From NCBI GenBank assembly GCA_963674595.2, contig CAXXFV010000009.1, positions 64,001-128,000 of the forward strand: a DNA stretch of 64,000 nt, given 5' to 3'. Positions within the stretch are counted from its first letter, which is position 1. Each line of letters starts with the position of its first letter. Below, piece by piece: positions 20,680 through 30,059 of this stretch. The notes under the pieces were generated by a model that searched no databases, was not told the origin of the DNA, and saw only the letters and a program-made list of their open reading frames with translations. The translations under genes were made by a program, and so were the position numbers. This DNA is from a bacterium (GTDB lineage: Bacteria > Zhuqueibacterota > Zhuqueibacteria > Residuimicrobiales > Krinioviventaceae).

Positions 20680-21378
20680 TTAGGACAGTTGTTGATGTTT
20701 CCGAATAATAATGACATCATTCCCATGGAATTCAATACCCGCCTGCCAATGTTCTGCTAGCCACTGAAAGGCTGTTTTTGAATAAAAGCAAATATGTGTC
20801 GGGTCATTTTTATAGTGCCAGGTTTTAAAAGCCTCCTTGTTTGTCAAAAGTTTTGTCATTATTCCCAAAACACCTCCGGATTTCAGACATGATAGCAGAC
20901 GTTCGAGTTCATATTTTGCATCACTTAAATGTTCCAGCACTTCTGTTGCCGTTATAAAAGTGTAATTTTGCTGCAATAGCCCGGGGTGATCTGCATAAAA
21001 TTTATCATAAATATTCATATCGCAGCCGATTTCCTGAAACATAACCGAAAGGGTGGGGCCGGGGCCGCAGCCAAAGTCCAAACCTTTGTCACCTTTTATA
21101 ATATATTTTTGCATAGGCTGAAAAAGCCGGTTCAGGAATTTTCGATAATTCATGTCGTTTGGACTGTTTTGATGAAAATCATATTGCTTTTTTTCTTCTT
21201 CAGCAGATAAATGGTATTGCGGAGGCACAAAGACAAGCGAGCATTCTTTACATTCAAGATAGACACGATATTTGTCCTGCCAATAGTCAGAAACCTTTTG
21301 TCCGTAACACAACGGACATTTGTAATGTTCTTTTTTATTTTGTGTCATTGCCAAATATTGATTGATGATTGAATTCAA
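20680..21378 (-). CDS. Class I SAM-dependent methyltransferase with N-terminal zinc ribbon
   Basis: CPLC..CKEC, LDFGCGPG, TEVLEH, WHYKNDPTHICFY. Confidence 0.88.
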   Translation of the reverse strand: MNSIINQYLAMTQNKKEHYKCPLCYGQKVSDYWQDKYRVYLECKECSLVFVPPQYHLSAEEEKKQYDFHQNSPNDMNYRKFLNRLFQPMQKYIIKGDKGLDFGCGPGPTLSVMFQEIGCDMNIYDKFYADHPGLLQQNYTFITATEVLEHLSDAKYELERLLSCLKSGGVLGIMTKLLTNKEAFKTWHYKNDPTHICFYSKTAFQWLAEHWQAGIEFHGNDVIIIRKHQQLS

Positions 21379-21420
21379 TTGGTTGGAATGTAAAAAGAAT
21401 TGCTGAAAAAGAAAACTTTT

Positions 21421-22998
21421 TTACAACATCTGTTGGGTTCTCTGATTATTTAAATCAACAGGAAGAACGACTGTAAAAGTTGAGCCTTTTCCCGGTTCAC
21501 TTGCAACCTTAATTTCACCATGATGCTCCTGAACAATTTGGTAGGATATGGATAATCCCAAACGGGCCCTGACAATCGGTCCTTTTGTTGTAAATCCAGG
21601 GTCAAAAATTGAATCCAGCTCTGTTTGTGCGATGCCCTTGCCGGTATCTCTAATAACGATGTGAACTTTATCGCCTTGCTGACTGGTGGTAATGGTGATT
21701 TGTCCCTCATCCTCAATCGCCTGTCCGGCATTTTTTATCAAGTTTAAAAACACCTGGTTCATTTTTCGCGGTTGAAAAATAAATTCCGGTATATCTCCAT
21801 ACTCTTTTACAACCGTGATATTTGAAAGATACTCGTGCTTTATGAGTGCTAAAACACTGTCAAGCCCTTCATGGATGTTTGCTTTTACTGTTTCGGCTTC
21901 ATCAAGCCTTGTAAAATTTTTCAAATTTTTGATAATTTCGTTCAGCCGTTCTGTTCCCTGTGAAATTGAGCCCTCTGCATTCAGGATGATTTGCATGAGT
22001 TTTGTTATTTCCTGATCTTTACGGTCTGTTTCAGGGACAATGTTTTTCATGATTGTTTCAAGTTTTTTAATGGCTTTGGATATTGTATCATTCATACTGC
22101 GTACAGCGCCTATCGGTGTGTTGAATTCGTGTGTTAATCCTGCCACCAATTGCCCGAGTGAGGCCATCTTTTCCTGAACAATAACCTGTTTCTGCATTTG
22201 TTGCAGTTTTAAAAGTGTGTCTTTCAGTTCGATGTTTTTTTGTAACAGTTCCTGAGTTCGGTCTTTTACCTTTTGTTCAAGACCAATATTCAGTTCGTTA
22301 ACCTTGTCGAATTGATAATTAAGAATTGCCACAAAATAAAAAACAGCCATTAAAAATGTGCCGATATAATTGATAAGCTGCCACTTTTCATTTGATGTAG
22401 GAAAAATAATTGCTCCTCCGTATCCAACAAAAAGCCATATCAATGTCCCAATTGATAGTAAAAGTATGAATCGTTTTTGAGGTTCTGCTGCTGTTTTAAA
22501 ACTTTTATATGCCATTGTAAACAAGTAGAAAAATACAACCAGAAACAAAGGAAATAGAAAACTTCCAATAGCACCAAATTCCACGTCCCAGATATGTTTG
22601 GGATTGTCGGATATTTTGATAATAAGGTCGGTAAACTGGGAAAATATAATACACATGAGAATGCCAAAAAGCGATGCGATTTTAAAGTTTTTTACTTTGA
22701 TTTTCAGGACTTTGGCATCCGGTTTTTTATCATATCCGGTAAAGGCAAAAAAGAAGTATAACAGTGTTATGGGCACAAAAAATCCTGCTGTAAATGTAAT
22801 CCGCATCCAGGTATTGATATGTTCCGTCCTTCCAAATTGGAACCAGGCAAAAAAAGCAAAACTGTCAATTGCCAGAGCAAGCGTAAATAAAGAAAACATT
22901 TTGTTGATTGTATCACGATTGCGAAATAGCCAGGTAATAATCGAAAGCAGTATGCAGAAAATACCTGAAATAAGCATGGGGAGGAATAAAATGTTCAT
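21421..22998 (-). CDS. Multi-TM sensor histidine kinase (NtrB-like transmitter)
   Basis: About 7 N-terminal TM helices, EKMASLGQLVAGLTHEFNTP, NQVFLNLIKNA, DTGKG, LGLSI. Confidence 0.9.
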   Translation of the reverse strand: MNILFLPMLISGIFCILLSIITWLFRNRDTINKMFSLFTLALAIDSFAFFAWFQFGRTEHINTWMRITFTAGFFVPITLLYFFFAFTGYDKKPDAKVLKIKVKNFKIASLFGILMCIIFSQFTDLIIKISDNPKHIWDVEFGAIGSFLFPLFLVVFFYLFTMAYKSFKTAAEPQKRFILLLSIGTLIWLFVGYGGAIIFPTSNEKWQLINYIGTFLMAVFYFVAILNYQFDKVNELNIGLEQKVKDRTQELLQKNIELKDTLLKLQQMQKQVIVQEKMASLGQLVAGLTHEFNTPIGAVRSMNDTISKAIKKLETIMKNIVPETDRKDQEITKLMQIILNAEGSISQGTERLNEIIKNLKNFTRLDEAETVKANIHEGLDSVLALIKHEYLSNITVVKEYGDIPEFIFQPRKMNQVFLNLIKNAGQAIEDEGQITITTSQQGDKVHIVIRDTGKGIAQTELDSIFDPGFTTKGPIVRARLGLSISYQIVQEHHGEIKVASEPGKGSTFTVVLPVDLNNQRTQQML

Positions 22999-23138
22999 AA
23001 GAAAAGGTCCGGATTTTTAAGGAATTTTTTCAAAATTTACTTTTAGATTATATTTTAACAAATCGGAGCTGGTTTTTTACAACTATGATTTTGATGATTT
23101 GAGAATATTTTATAATCAATTCCTGTTTTAAAATACCA

Positions 23139-23519
23139 TTAAAAGTTTTCTAAACTATCTCCAAATGAAATTACCAAACAAACCCAGATCGATACTAAAA
23201 GTGTAATAGTAGAAACAACTATGGTTGTCTTTTTTTTATTAATTTCTATTTTATTCATAGTTTTTATCTGGTTGAATGGCAGTTTTATTTCATATTCTGT
23301 ATTATTGTACTTATGGGGTACCACGATAATCAAAGTATCTCCTGAAATGGAATACTGTTCGAACTCGAAAGATTCATGTTCAAATGTTGTTATTCTGTAA
23401 ACCGAATTTCTTGTCTTATTATTCTCTTTAAATTCAGCAGGTGATGTTCTTATAGCTCTGGTACAGGATAAAAAAATCAAAATACAGCAGAACGAAAAGA
23501 TGATGAGCAGATTTTTCAT
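23139..23519 (-). CDS. Hypothetical lipoprotein with C-terminal TM
   Basis: Lipobox FLSC, C-terminal hydrophobic helix, GGGGA RBS. Confidence 0.6.
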   Translation of the reverse strand: MKNLLIIFSFCCILIFLSCTRAIRTSPAEFKENNKTRNSVYRITTFEHESFEFEQYSISGDTLIIVVPHKYNNTEYEIKLPFNQIKTMNKIEINKKKTTIVVSTITLLVSIWVCLVISFGDSLENF

Positions 23520-23629
23520 ATTGATCCCCGTTTTACAAGGCCGACAGGTTTAAAAATAATACAAAATAAAAACCATGACAGTAGAACTAATATCTCCAAA
23601 GGATGCTTTTTTACCTGGGAAGCAGGAAA

Positions 23630-24193
23630 TTAAATAATATTAAAGCTTGAGACAAATTGTAATATTTCTTTATTAATATAGGGAAAAATTTCTTTTGTGG
23701 AATCAACTAATATCAATACACCGATTTGATCTTTTTTCATTAAAGTGAAATAATAGCAGTCATGGGGTTCATTGAAATTGTCTGTGTATTCACTTACAAA
23801 ACCATAAAATGGTTTGTAATTTGATTGGTATTTAATTGGTGGTTTTAATTTACTTAACTGGTATTCTTTTAGGACAACCGGCGGTGCATAATTTAATAGT
23901 ACGACCAAAGTCATCATATCAAAAGGATCACTATCGTCTTTTTCTTCGACATTTTTATGGTTGATTATTTTAAACACCAATATTTGAATATTTGGTATCA
24001 CATCAATATTATTACTGTCTCTTATTGGATTGCGTTTGTATAAAAGTCTTTTTATCCCTTCAGTAGAATCTCTTACCGCTATATTCCAGGAATTGTTTAA
24101 CTTGTATTCAAAGCTGTTGCTGCCCAATGTTATTACTTGCGATGATGATATTGGAGGAAAACAAAATAACAAAATCATCATAAACTTTTTCAT
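23630..24193 (-). CDS. Hypothetical secreted protein
   Basis: 187-aa ORF with signal-peptide-like N-terminus. Confidence 0.55.
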   Translation of the reverse strand: MKKFMMILLFCFPPISSSQVITLGSNSFEYKLNNSWNIAVRDSTEGIKRLLYKRNPIRDSNNIDVIPNIQILVFKIINHKNVEEKDDSDPFDMMTLVVLLNYAPPVVLKEYQLSKLKPPIKYQSNYKPFYGFVSEYTDNFNEPHDCYYFTLMKKDQIGVLILVDSTKEIFPYINKEILQFVSSFNII

Positions 24194-24347
24194 TAAATCA
24201 CCATTATTTATTTCGTTATCATTCTCTCATTGCCATGTTAAAAAAAAATACAAAATATAGCATCACAGTACAAGGCTTTTCTGAAAATTATAAAACATCG
24301 TGAATATTTAATACTTTTTTAATTCAGTGATAGTTTGTTAAAGTCTG

Positions 24348-24701
24348 TCATTGATTTTCATATACGGATTTTGTAATGGAATACAAAATTAATAGAATAA
24401 TTGTTATGCCAAGCCCTAAAGAGACTGATGCTAAAATGGAAGATATTCCCTGGTGAATAATTGATGGTAACAAATCATTCACTTTCGCAATTGTGCCAAA
24501 TGCCTGGGAAACCGCTGTTAATGCTTTTGCGATGATTAACATAAAGGGAAGAAATACGGACACTTTGCAGGCAGTTATCAGCTTTACTTTTTTACGAAAA
24601 ACTATTTGATAAATACAAAGTATTATTGAAATCGCTGAAAAAATAACAACTATGACTGAAATTCCGGAAGGTAAATTTGCATTCATTTTTTCTTCTTCCA
24701 T
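24348..24701 (-). CDS. Small membrane protein, MotA/TolQ/ExbB-channel-like
   Basis: 3 TM helices; AF..IA....P.II..GIS..L.....GL pattern. Confidence 0.5.
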   Translation of the reverse strand: MEEEKMNANLPSGISVIVVIFSAISIILCIYQIVFRKKVKLITACKVSVFLPFMLIIAKALTAVSQAFGTIAKVNDLLPSIIHQGISSILASVSLGLGITIILLILYSITKSVYENQ

Positions 24702-24757
24702 TTCTATGGAGATGTTCGTTTAATAATATCCTGTGATTAGTAATAGCCGGTTTTTTT

Positions 24758-25384
24758 TTAATTATTGGGTAATTTATTTGAGGTTGCGCTCGTTATTTTC
24801 GAGAGAAAACGGTCTCGCATTGGTAACCATTCATCAATTGAATGAATTTGGCTTGTTTTAGTGAAAATAATTGTTGTACCTGTTCTCAGTGTATCATTAA
24901 ATAGTAGATAATAACCTATCAGTTCATCATTTTTTATTTTTTTAATATCGGCGCTGTGGTCCCCGATACAATGATATTCACCATATTCTTTAGTGAAATT
25001 TTCCAGTTCTTTGTTATTTTGTATGGCCCATTCTCTTTGATATAAAAATCCCTGTTCTATAATTTCTTTGCTTTGCGGATAAAGTTCGGAAACGTATTCT
25101 TCTGTTGCAAGGATGGCAAAGATATTATCTTTTTGATAAAATTCTATTGTAAATCCGATTAAAAACGAAATATTTGCTATTCCGTCACTCGTCTCGACTT
25201 GTTTTGTATACGGCTTATTGGATGGTTTGGTTATGGTAAATTTTTTGGAATAAACACCGTCGTCAAACTCTAATGTGGGATAGTATTCAAATAAAGATAC
25301 CATATTTCTTGTTTTATATGGGTATTGATGCGCACATGACAGACAAAACGTTAGGCTAAATATTATTAGTGTGAGCTTTTTCAT
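24758..25384 (-). CDS. Hypothetical lipoprotein
   Basis: Lipobox CLSC, GGGA RBS. Confidence 0.6.
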   Translation of the reverse strand: MKKLTLIIFSLTFCLSCAHQYPYKTRNMVSLFEYYPTLEFDDGVYSKKFTITKPSNKPYTKQVETSDGIANISFLIGFTIEFYQKDNIFAILATEEYVSELYPQSKEIIEQGFLYQREWAIQNNKELENFTKEYGEYHCIGDHSADIKKIKNDELIGYYLLFNDTLRTGTTIIFTKTSQIHSIDEWLPMRDRFLSKITSATSNKLPNN

Positions 25385-25493
25385 TTTAGTCCCTTTTGTT
25401 AAAAGTGAGTGTGTAATGTTGCCGGTTTGTGCTAGTAATTATCGATCGACGTGATTGAAATTTATTTCAATAGATATTTATTTTTTTTGTAGT

Positions 25494-25949
25494 CTAATCG
25501 TGGTCATCTTGTTTTGATTCAAATTTTAAAATAATAAATGCAGCATCTGCTGTATCATAAAGAATATGCACTGCAAAGCAAAAAATAGATAAAATTAAAA
25601 CATCAAAAATAAAATTATAATATGGTACATTTTCTTGAACAACAATACTATGTTTCAATATAAATAATAAAAAACTCGTTATTAATAACCAGACTTGTTC
25701 GCAGACAGATTTTCGCATTTCATGCATTGTAGTATTAAAATCATTCCCATATTGTTCAGCTATTTCTCTAAGTTTCGTCATAATAATACTTGTCGTAGTT
25801 GTGTTAATTGCCATAAGGGCAATTATTATTAATACTAAATTTGTATCAAGAAAAGATGAAATATATGAACTTTTTAGTAATATTGATAATAAGGTGAGAA
25901 TAATGCTTATAGTTATATACATAGAAATATTTTTTAGTTGGTCAATCAT
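25494..25949 (-). CDS. 4-TM membrane protein coupled to upstream gene
   Basis: Four hydrophobic segments; ATGA overlap with the 25946-26803 ORF. Confidence 0.7.
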   Translation of the reverse strand: MIDQLKNISMYITISIILTLLSILLKSSYISSFLDTNLVLIIIALMAINTTTTSIIMTKLREIAEQYGNDFNTTMHEMRKSVCEQVWLLITSFLLFILKHSIVVQENVPYYNFIFDVLILSIFCFAVHILYDTADAAFIILKFESKQDDHD

Positions 25950-26803
25950 GAGACAATTTCCTTTAAAATTGGTATCGCCTTATCTATATCTGATATAGAT
26001 AGTTCTATTTCATCAATTTCCGTTTCTTGAACACTTTCTGACATTGTAATATTTTTCCTGATACCTTTAACTTTCATCGTAACTTCACCCCCTCCCTCGG
26101 AAGAGTAGTCAAGCAAGCTTTCGATCATTTCATTCTCTGGTTTAATTGTTAAGTATGAAGTTTTAGGGCTATTTAACTCTAGTTTTGTTTTATTTGTATT
26201 TGTTTCTTCATTTAATTTTGGTAAGTCGAGTTTTAGTGCTCCTGAAATATTCGCTAAATTCGGTGATACCAAATTGAATGTTAGGCGGGTTAATGATTTC
26301 GGATACCTATTGATAATTTCCCAAAAGTCCTCTTTACCAAACATCGGCTCAATAAATATACCAAGGTGAAATTTTTTAAGGAAGTGGGACAAATTGCGTT
26401 CTAAAAAACTGGCAACTGTGTTCGTATTTGCAAATACTTTTGTATTTTTTTCAATAAATATTTTTTGGATTTCAGGTTTATTGTTGATTAATACACTGAT
26501 TGGTGTCCAATCGTCAACTGGTTTTTGATCAAAATTTTTATCTGTTATTTTTAAAATTTTTTGATGTCCGATTTTTAGTATTGAAAAATCTGATGAATGG
26601 TAAATTACTTTATGAGCAATTTCAGAACGACTATATTCAAATTTTTTAAGAGACCCAAGTGCTTCGGCAAAATAATTATTTTTTTGTTTCTTTAAATCCT
26701 CCAATGAAATGTTATCAGAAAATAATGATAACTGAGGGGATTGCTCAAGTGGTAAAATTTGATATCTAAAGATATTAAAAATGTGTGTTGAATCATCGTT
26801 CAT
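25946..26803 (-). CDS. Soluble hypothetical protein (possibly RdgC-fold, DUF4747/DUF6731-like)
   Basis: 285-aa ORF, AAGGAG RBS; L.F.LVSPN motif followed by N..K..LEL recalls these families (tentative). Confidence 0.6.
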   Translation of the reverse strand: MNDDSTHIFNIFRYQILPLEQSPQLSLFSDNISLEDLKKQKNNYFAEALGSLKKFEYSRSEIAHKVIYHSSDFSILKIGHQKILKITDKNFDQKPVDDWTPISVLINNKPEIQKIFIEKNTKVFANTNTVASFLERNLSHFLKKFHLGIFIEPMFGKEDFWEIINRYPKSLTRLTFNLVSPNLANISGALKLDLPKLNEETNTNKTKLELNSPKTSYLTIKPENEMIESLLDYSSEGGGEVTMKVKGIRKNITMSESVQETEIDEIELSISDIDKAIPILKEIVS

Positions 26804-27457
26804 ATCAAGGCTCCTTTTTATCTAAATAGATGTAGAGAATAGTATAAATTAGCTAAAAAACTATCCATAGTGTGATAGCTTATTCAAACTCTATCCAGTT
26901 TAGTTAAATTTGGCTATTGGTAGTTTATTCATTGGTTCCTATATTAAATTTATTTTTACAGAATTTATCTCTTAATTGGTGATTCTAAATAGCTGCCCAT
27001 CCCCACCCAACCCAATTATTCTGACACTGAAATAAAGGAATATGATCTTGAATCCGACACAATCTCTCCTCGTGTGTGCTGCTGAAACCCATATTTGAAA
27101 AAATGATTATCAGGTAAAAGACATCAGGAACGCCCATGATCGACCAATCGTCCTGAAAAATAGTCCTTAATATCTGATAAGAGAATAATACGTAATATTT
27201 AAAAACAGCGCAAGGGAATTTTATTTAAGCGTGAGAAATTAAAATGGCGGATTTTGATGGAATTATAATAATTGGCCTGATTTATATTAATATGTCATTC
27301 CTTTGGGATTTTATTCGGGTCTATTGAAAAATGGCATCAGCCCCGACATTCGTAAACCGTATTCTTTTCGTACTTTTTTTATTTCCCCCAACATATTCTA
27401 TATGAGCTGTGTGCAGATTGATGATTTCAATCTGCACATTTTGGCAGCCTATTTATC

Positions 27458-27985
27458 TCAATCCATCAATTTCGCGGCACAATAAGGGCAAACCTTCCAG
27501 TCACTTTCGACCTTTTTCTCACAAGCAGGACATGTCATTTTTAACGATGTGCCGCAATGGGGACAGACATTAAAATCGTTTCTAACCGGTTTTGAACAAG
27601 CCGGGCAGGTTTGTGGTGAATTTGCCGTTACCTGAGGAGTAATCGAAACAACCGGTGTACTACCGGTACGGACCAGCAGATAAATTATCAGACCGATCAC
27701 GTTACCGACAAACACAAGCGATCCCCATAAAAAGCCGTTCAACTTTCTTCGTTCCGCATCAATATAAACCCAGATTGTCACTATTAACCAGAATATAAAG
27801 AGCACTGAAGGAAATAAAAACATATGGTAGGCTTCAATGGGCTGAATTCCGTTGTGGGGGGAGATCATTTTGGGAAATATACCATGAAAAAAAGAATGTG
27901 AGAATGGATTAACAACAATAAATACAAATACAATAAGAAAAATAAGCAGTAACAGTCCGAGAGTTTTTCCGGTTGAAGTTGCCAT
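27458..27985 (-). CDS. Membrane protein with C-terminal double zinc ribbon
   Basis: WVYIDA.RR...W...V...N.IGLIIYLLVR; CPAC..CPHC..CPAC..CPYC; AGGAGA RBS before MATST. Confidence 0.8.
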   Translation of the reverse strand: MATSTGKTLGLLLLIFLIVFVFIVVNPFSHSFFHGIFPKMISPHNGIQPIEAYHMFLFPSVLFIFWLIVTIWVYIDAERRKLNGFLWGSLVFVGNVIGLIIYLLVRTGSTPVVSITPQVTANSPQTCPACSKPVRNDFNVCPHCGTSLKMTCPACEKKVESDWKVCPYCAAKLMD

Positions 27986-27995
27986 AATAATTCTC

Positions 27996-28487
27996 CTAAA
28001 AATAATTCGGGTTTTGATTGCTGCCGGTTTTATCATTAAACGGCGAATAAAACAGTGGGATAAAGATTGCCATGATCATATTTTGAATTAAAATTGTCAG
28101 CACCAAAGAGATATTAAAATCAAATACCTCTCCATTGTCCTTTTGTATGATGAGGCCAATTATCAATAATAACAACGTTGCCAGAAACAAAATTGAAAAA
28201 CCGATGCCAAGTTTTGGGGATTGCCATAATAAGTGCAGCTTTTGTTTTAAAGAGAGCTTTATTTTCTGTTTTTCTATAATAGTTTTGCACCATACCAATG
28301 TAGCCTGACTTAATTCTTCCGGTACTTTAATTTTTGTCTGGTTGAATGTTCGCTTAATTTCAATCATCTCTTGCTGAAACGCATTGCATTTTTCACAGGA
28401 AGTTATATGGCCCTGTTCTTTTTCATCAAGGTTTTGCTGCAACAAGAGTTTTTTTTGAATTGATTTACAGCGCATTTTAGAACTCAC
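27996..28487 (-). CDS. Putative zinc-binding membrane anti-sigma factor
   Basis: C...HITSCEKC (HxxxCxxC) motif plus 2 TM helices; overlaps the sigma stop codon. Confidence 0.75.
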   Translation of the reverse strand: MSSKMRCKSIQKKLLLQQNLDEKEQGHITSCEKCNAFQQEMIEIKRTFNQTKIKVPEELSQATLVWCKTIIEKQKIKLSLKQKLHLLWQSPKLGIGFSILFLATLLLLIIGLIIQKDNGEVFDFNISLVLTILIQNMIMAIFIPLFYSPFNDKTGSNQNPNYF

Positions 28488-29047
28488 ACTGATTGATTAA
28501 CATATTTTTTAATTTTTTGCACAGCCTGGAAAAGAGTGGCCTTGACTGTACCTTGTTTTCTTTTTACTATTACAGTGATTTCCTGAATCGATAAATCCTG
28601 AATATAAAACAGACTGAATACGGCTCGTTGCCGTGGCGTTAAGGACTTGAGGGCCGCTTGAATATCCTGCCATTGCTCAATATTTTGAAAGCTTGTAAGA
28701 GAATTCGAAACCGTATTTTCAGCATAAAGATAGCCATCTTTATCCGGATCAGCTTCTTCACCAAGAAAGAACCGTCGCACTCTTAGTTTACGCAATTCGT
28801 CCCGATACAGATTGGTGGCGATAGTAAATATATAATGTTTAAAATTTTTTATTTTGGATTTTCCCGGAAGGGCCCTGACGGCACGCAGCCATGTTTCCTG
28901 AAACAGGTCTTGCACAAGCCATGACTCTGAGCATAAATAGCAGAGATAGCGATAGACGTCCGCTTGGTATGTTTTATATAGTTGTGTAAAAGCGTCCTCA
29001 TCTCCACAAGCAGCAGATTCGATCAGCTCCGCATCCTTTTGCGGCAT
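28484..29047 (-). CDS. ECF RNA polymerase sigma factor
   Basis: GDEDAF..LY, DLFQETW, IATN..RD, L..LTPRQRAVF.L, GTVKA; GGAGGA RBS before ATG 29047. Confidence 0.92.
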   Translation of the reverse strand: MPQKDAELIESAACGDEDAFTQLYKTYQADVYRYLCYLCSESWLVQDLFQETWLRAVRALPGKSKIKNFKHYIFTIATNLYRDELRKLRVRRFFLGEEADPDKDGYLYAENTVSNSLTSFQNIEQWQDIQAALKSLTPRQRAVFSLFYIQDLSIQEITVIVKRKQGTVKATLFQAVQKIKKYVNQSV

Positions 29048-29079
29048 CGTTTCCTCCGGAAAATCATTTGTCATAATAA

Positions 29080-29106
29080 TAGACGTTTGAGAAGGAAAAA
29101 GGTTTA
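29080..29106 (-). promoter_or_regulatory. ECF-type autoregulatory promoter
   Basis: Minus strand TAAAC-N16-CGTCTA directly upstream of the ECF sigma gene, matching the AAAC-N16-CGT consensus of SigW/SigX-like ECFs. Confidence 0.65.
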
Positions 29107-29136
29107 GTGAGATATATAAATGACGGACATAATTTT

Positions 29137-29166
29137 AAGCCGGATTCGGTATTTTGAATCCGGCTT
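29137..29166. terminator. Inverted repeat / terminator
   Basis: AAGCCGGATTC-N8-GAATCCGGCTT. Confidence 0.5.
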
Positions 29167-29313
29167 GCTTTTTAAATTTTTTTCAATATCCCAATCAAGC
29201 AATCACTGTTTTATATTGCTTGTTTGTTATGTCATAAATAGAAATTCGCCAAACTTTTGACGATGAATAAAATTGAAAGTTTTCTGAATTTAGACACTTG
29301 TAAATACAAGTGA

Positions 29314-29943
29314 TTATATATTATTTTTGATTTTTATATTTTCTAATAATTTTTCAAACTCTTCTTTATATTTCAATTTTGGATTTTTACTATATCTTTG
29401 GTTTGGACCAGTTTCAGCATGATGAGCAATAAATATAAAATTTTTATTATTGGGAATATGGATATATAAATTACCATAGTTTAAAATTTGTTCTGTAAAG
29501 GTTGCATATCTCATTGTATAAAATGTTTTGTTTTGTATTACACAATTACCAGAATTAATATCTTTGGATAAATTATATTTTCCCTTATTTACTCCCAGCT
29601 CAATCATTCCATTAATTTCATTTTGTCTGTATATATCTGCAATTTCTGAAATCGATTTTTGTTTTAAATTTTCATCTAATATTTGAAATATTTGAAATGA
29701 TAGTTCGAATCCAAATAATTCGTTTTTTTTATTAATATTTACGATTTCCGACTCGCCGCCAATTCTATTTATATACCATCCTTTTAAAAGGTTTCCTTGT
29801 TTTTTATTCCTCAAGCTGAGAGAATAATGGGCCATATCAACAGTTAAATAATTATTGTCAAGCTTTATCCCTTGACCTGAATAACAGGTAATAATAAAAA
29901 TTATTGGAATTAAAATGGCATTTAATTTTAATACAGCCCTCAT
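29314..29943 (-). CDS. Hypothetical lipoprotein/secreted protein
   Basis: GGAGA RBS before MRAVL; hydrophobic N-terminus ending IITC. Confidence 0.55.
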   Translation of the reverse strand: MRAVLKLNAILIPIIFIITCYSGQGIKLDNNYLTVDMAHYSLSLRNKKQGNLLKGWYINRIGGESEIVNINKKNELFGFELSFQIFQILDENLKQKSISEIADIYRQNEINGMIELGVNKGKYNLSKDINSGNCVIQNKTFYTMRYATFTEQILNYGNLYIHIPNNKNFIFIAHHAETGPNQRYSKNPKLKYKEEFEKLLENIKIKNNI

Positions 29944-30059
29944 AGTATCGTCTCCAGAAATAGTTGTTGTCAAAAATCGGATTCCAAAAAGAATTATCCA
30001 GCCTTTAGCTTAAATTTTATAAAACAATATCGGGTGCCTAAAAAGCCCCATTATACATT

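Noticed and set aside
23000-27300. Integron cassette array
   Set aside because: No paired RYYYAAC/GTTRRRY attC palindromes or shared spacers, and no intI seen
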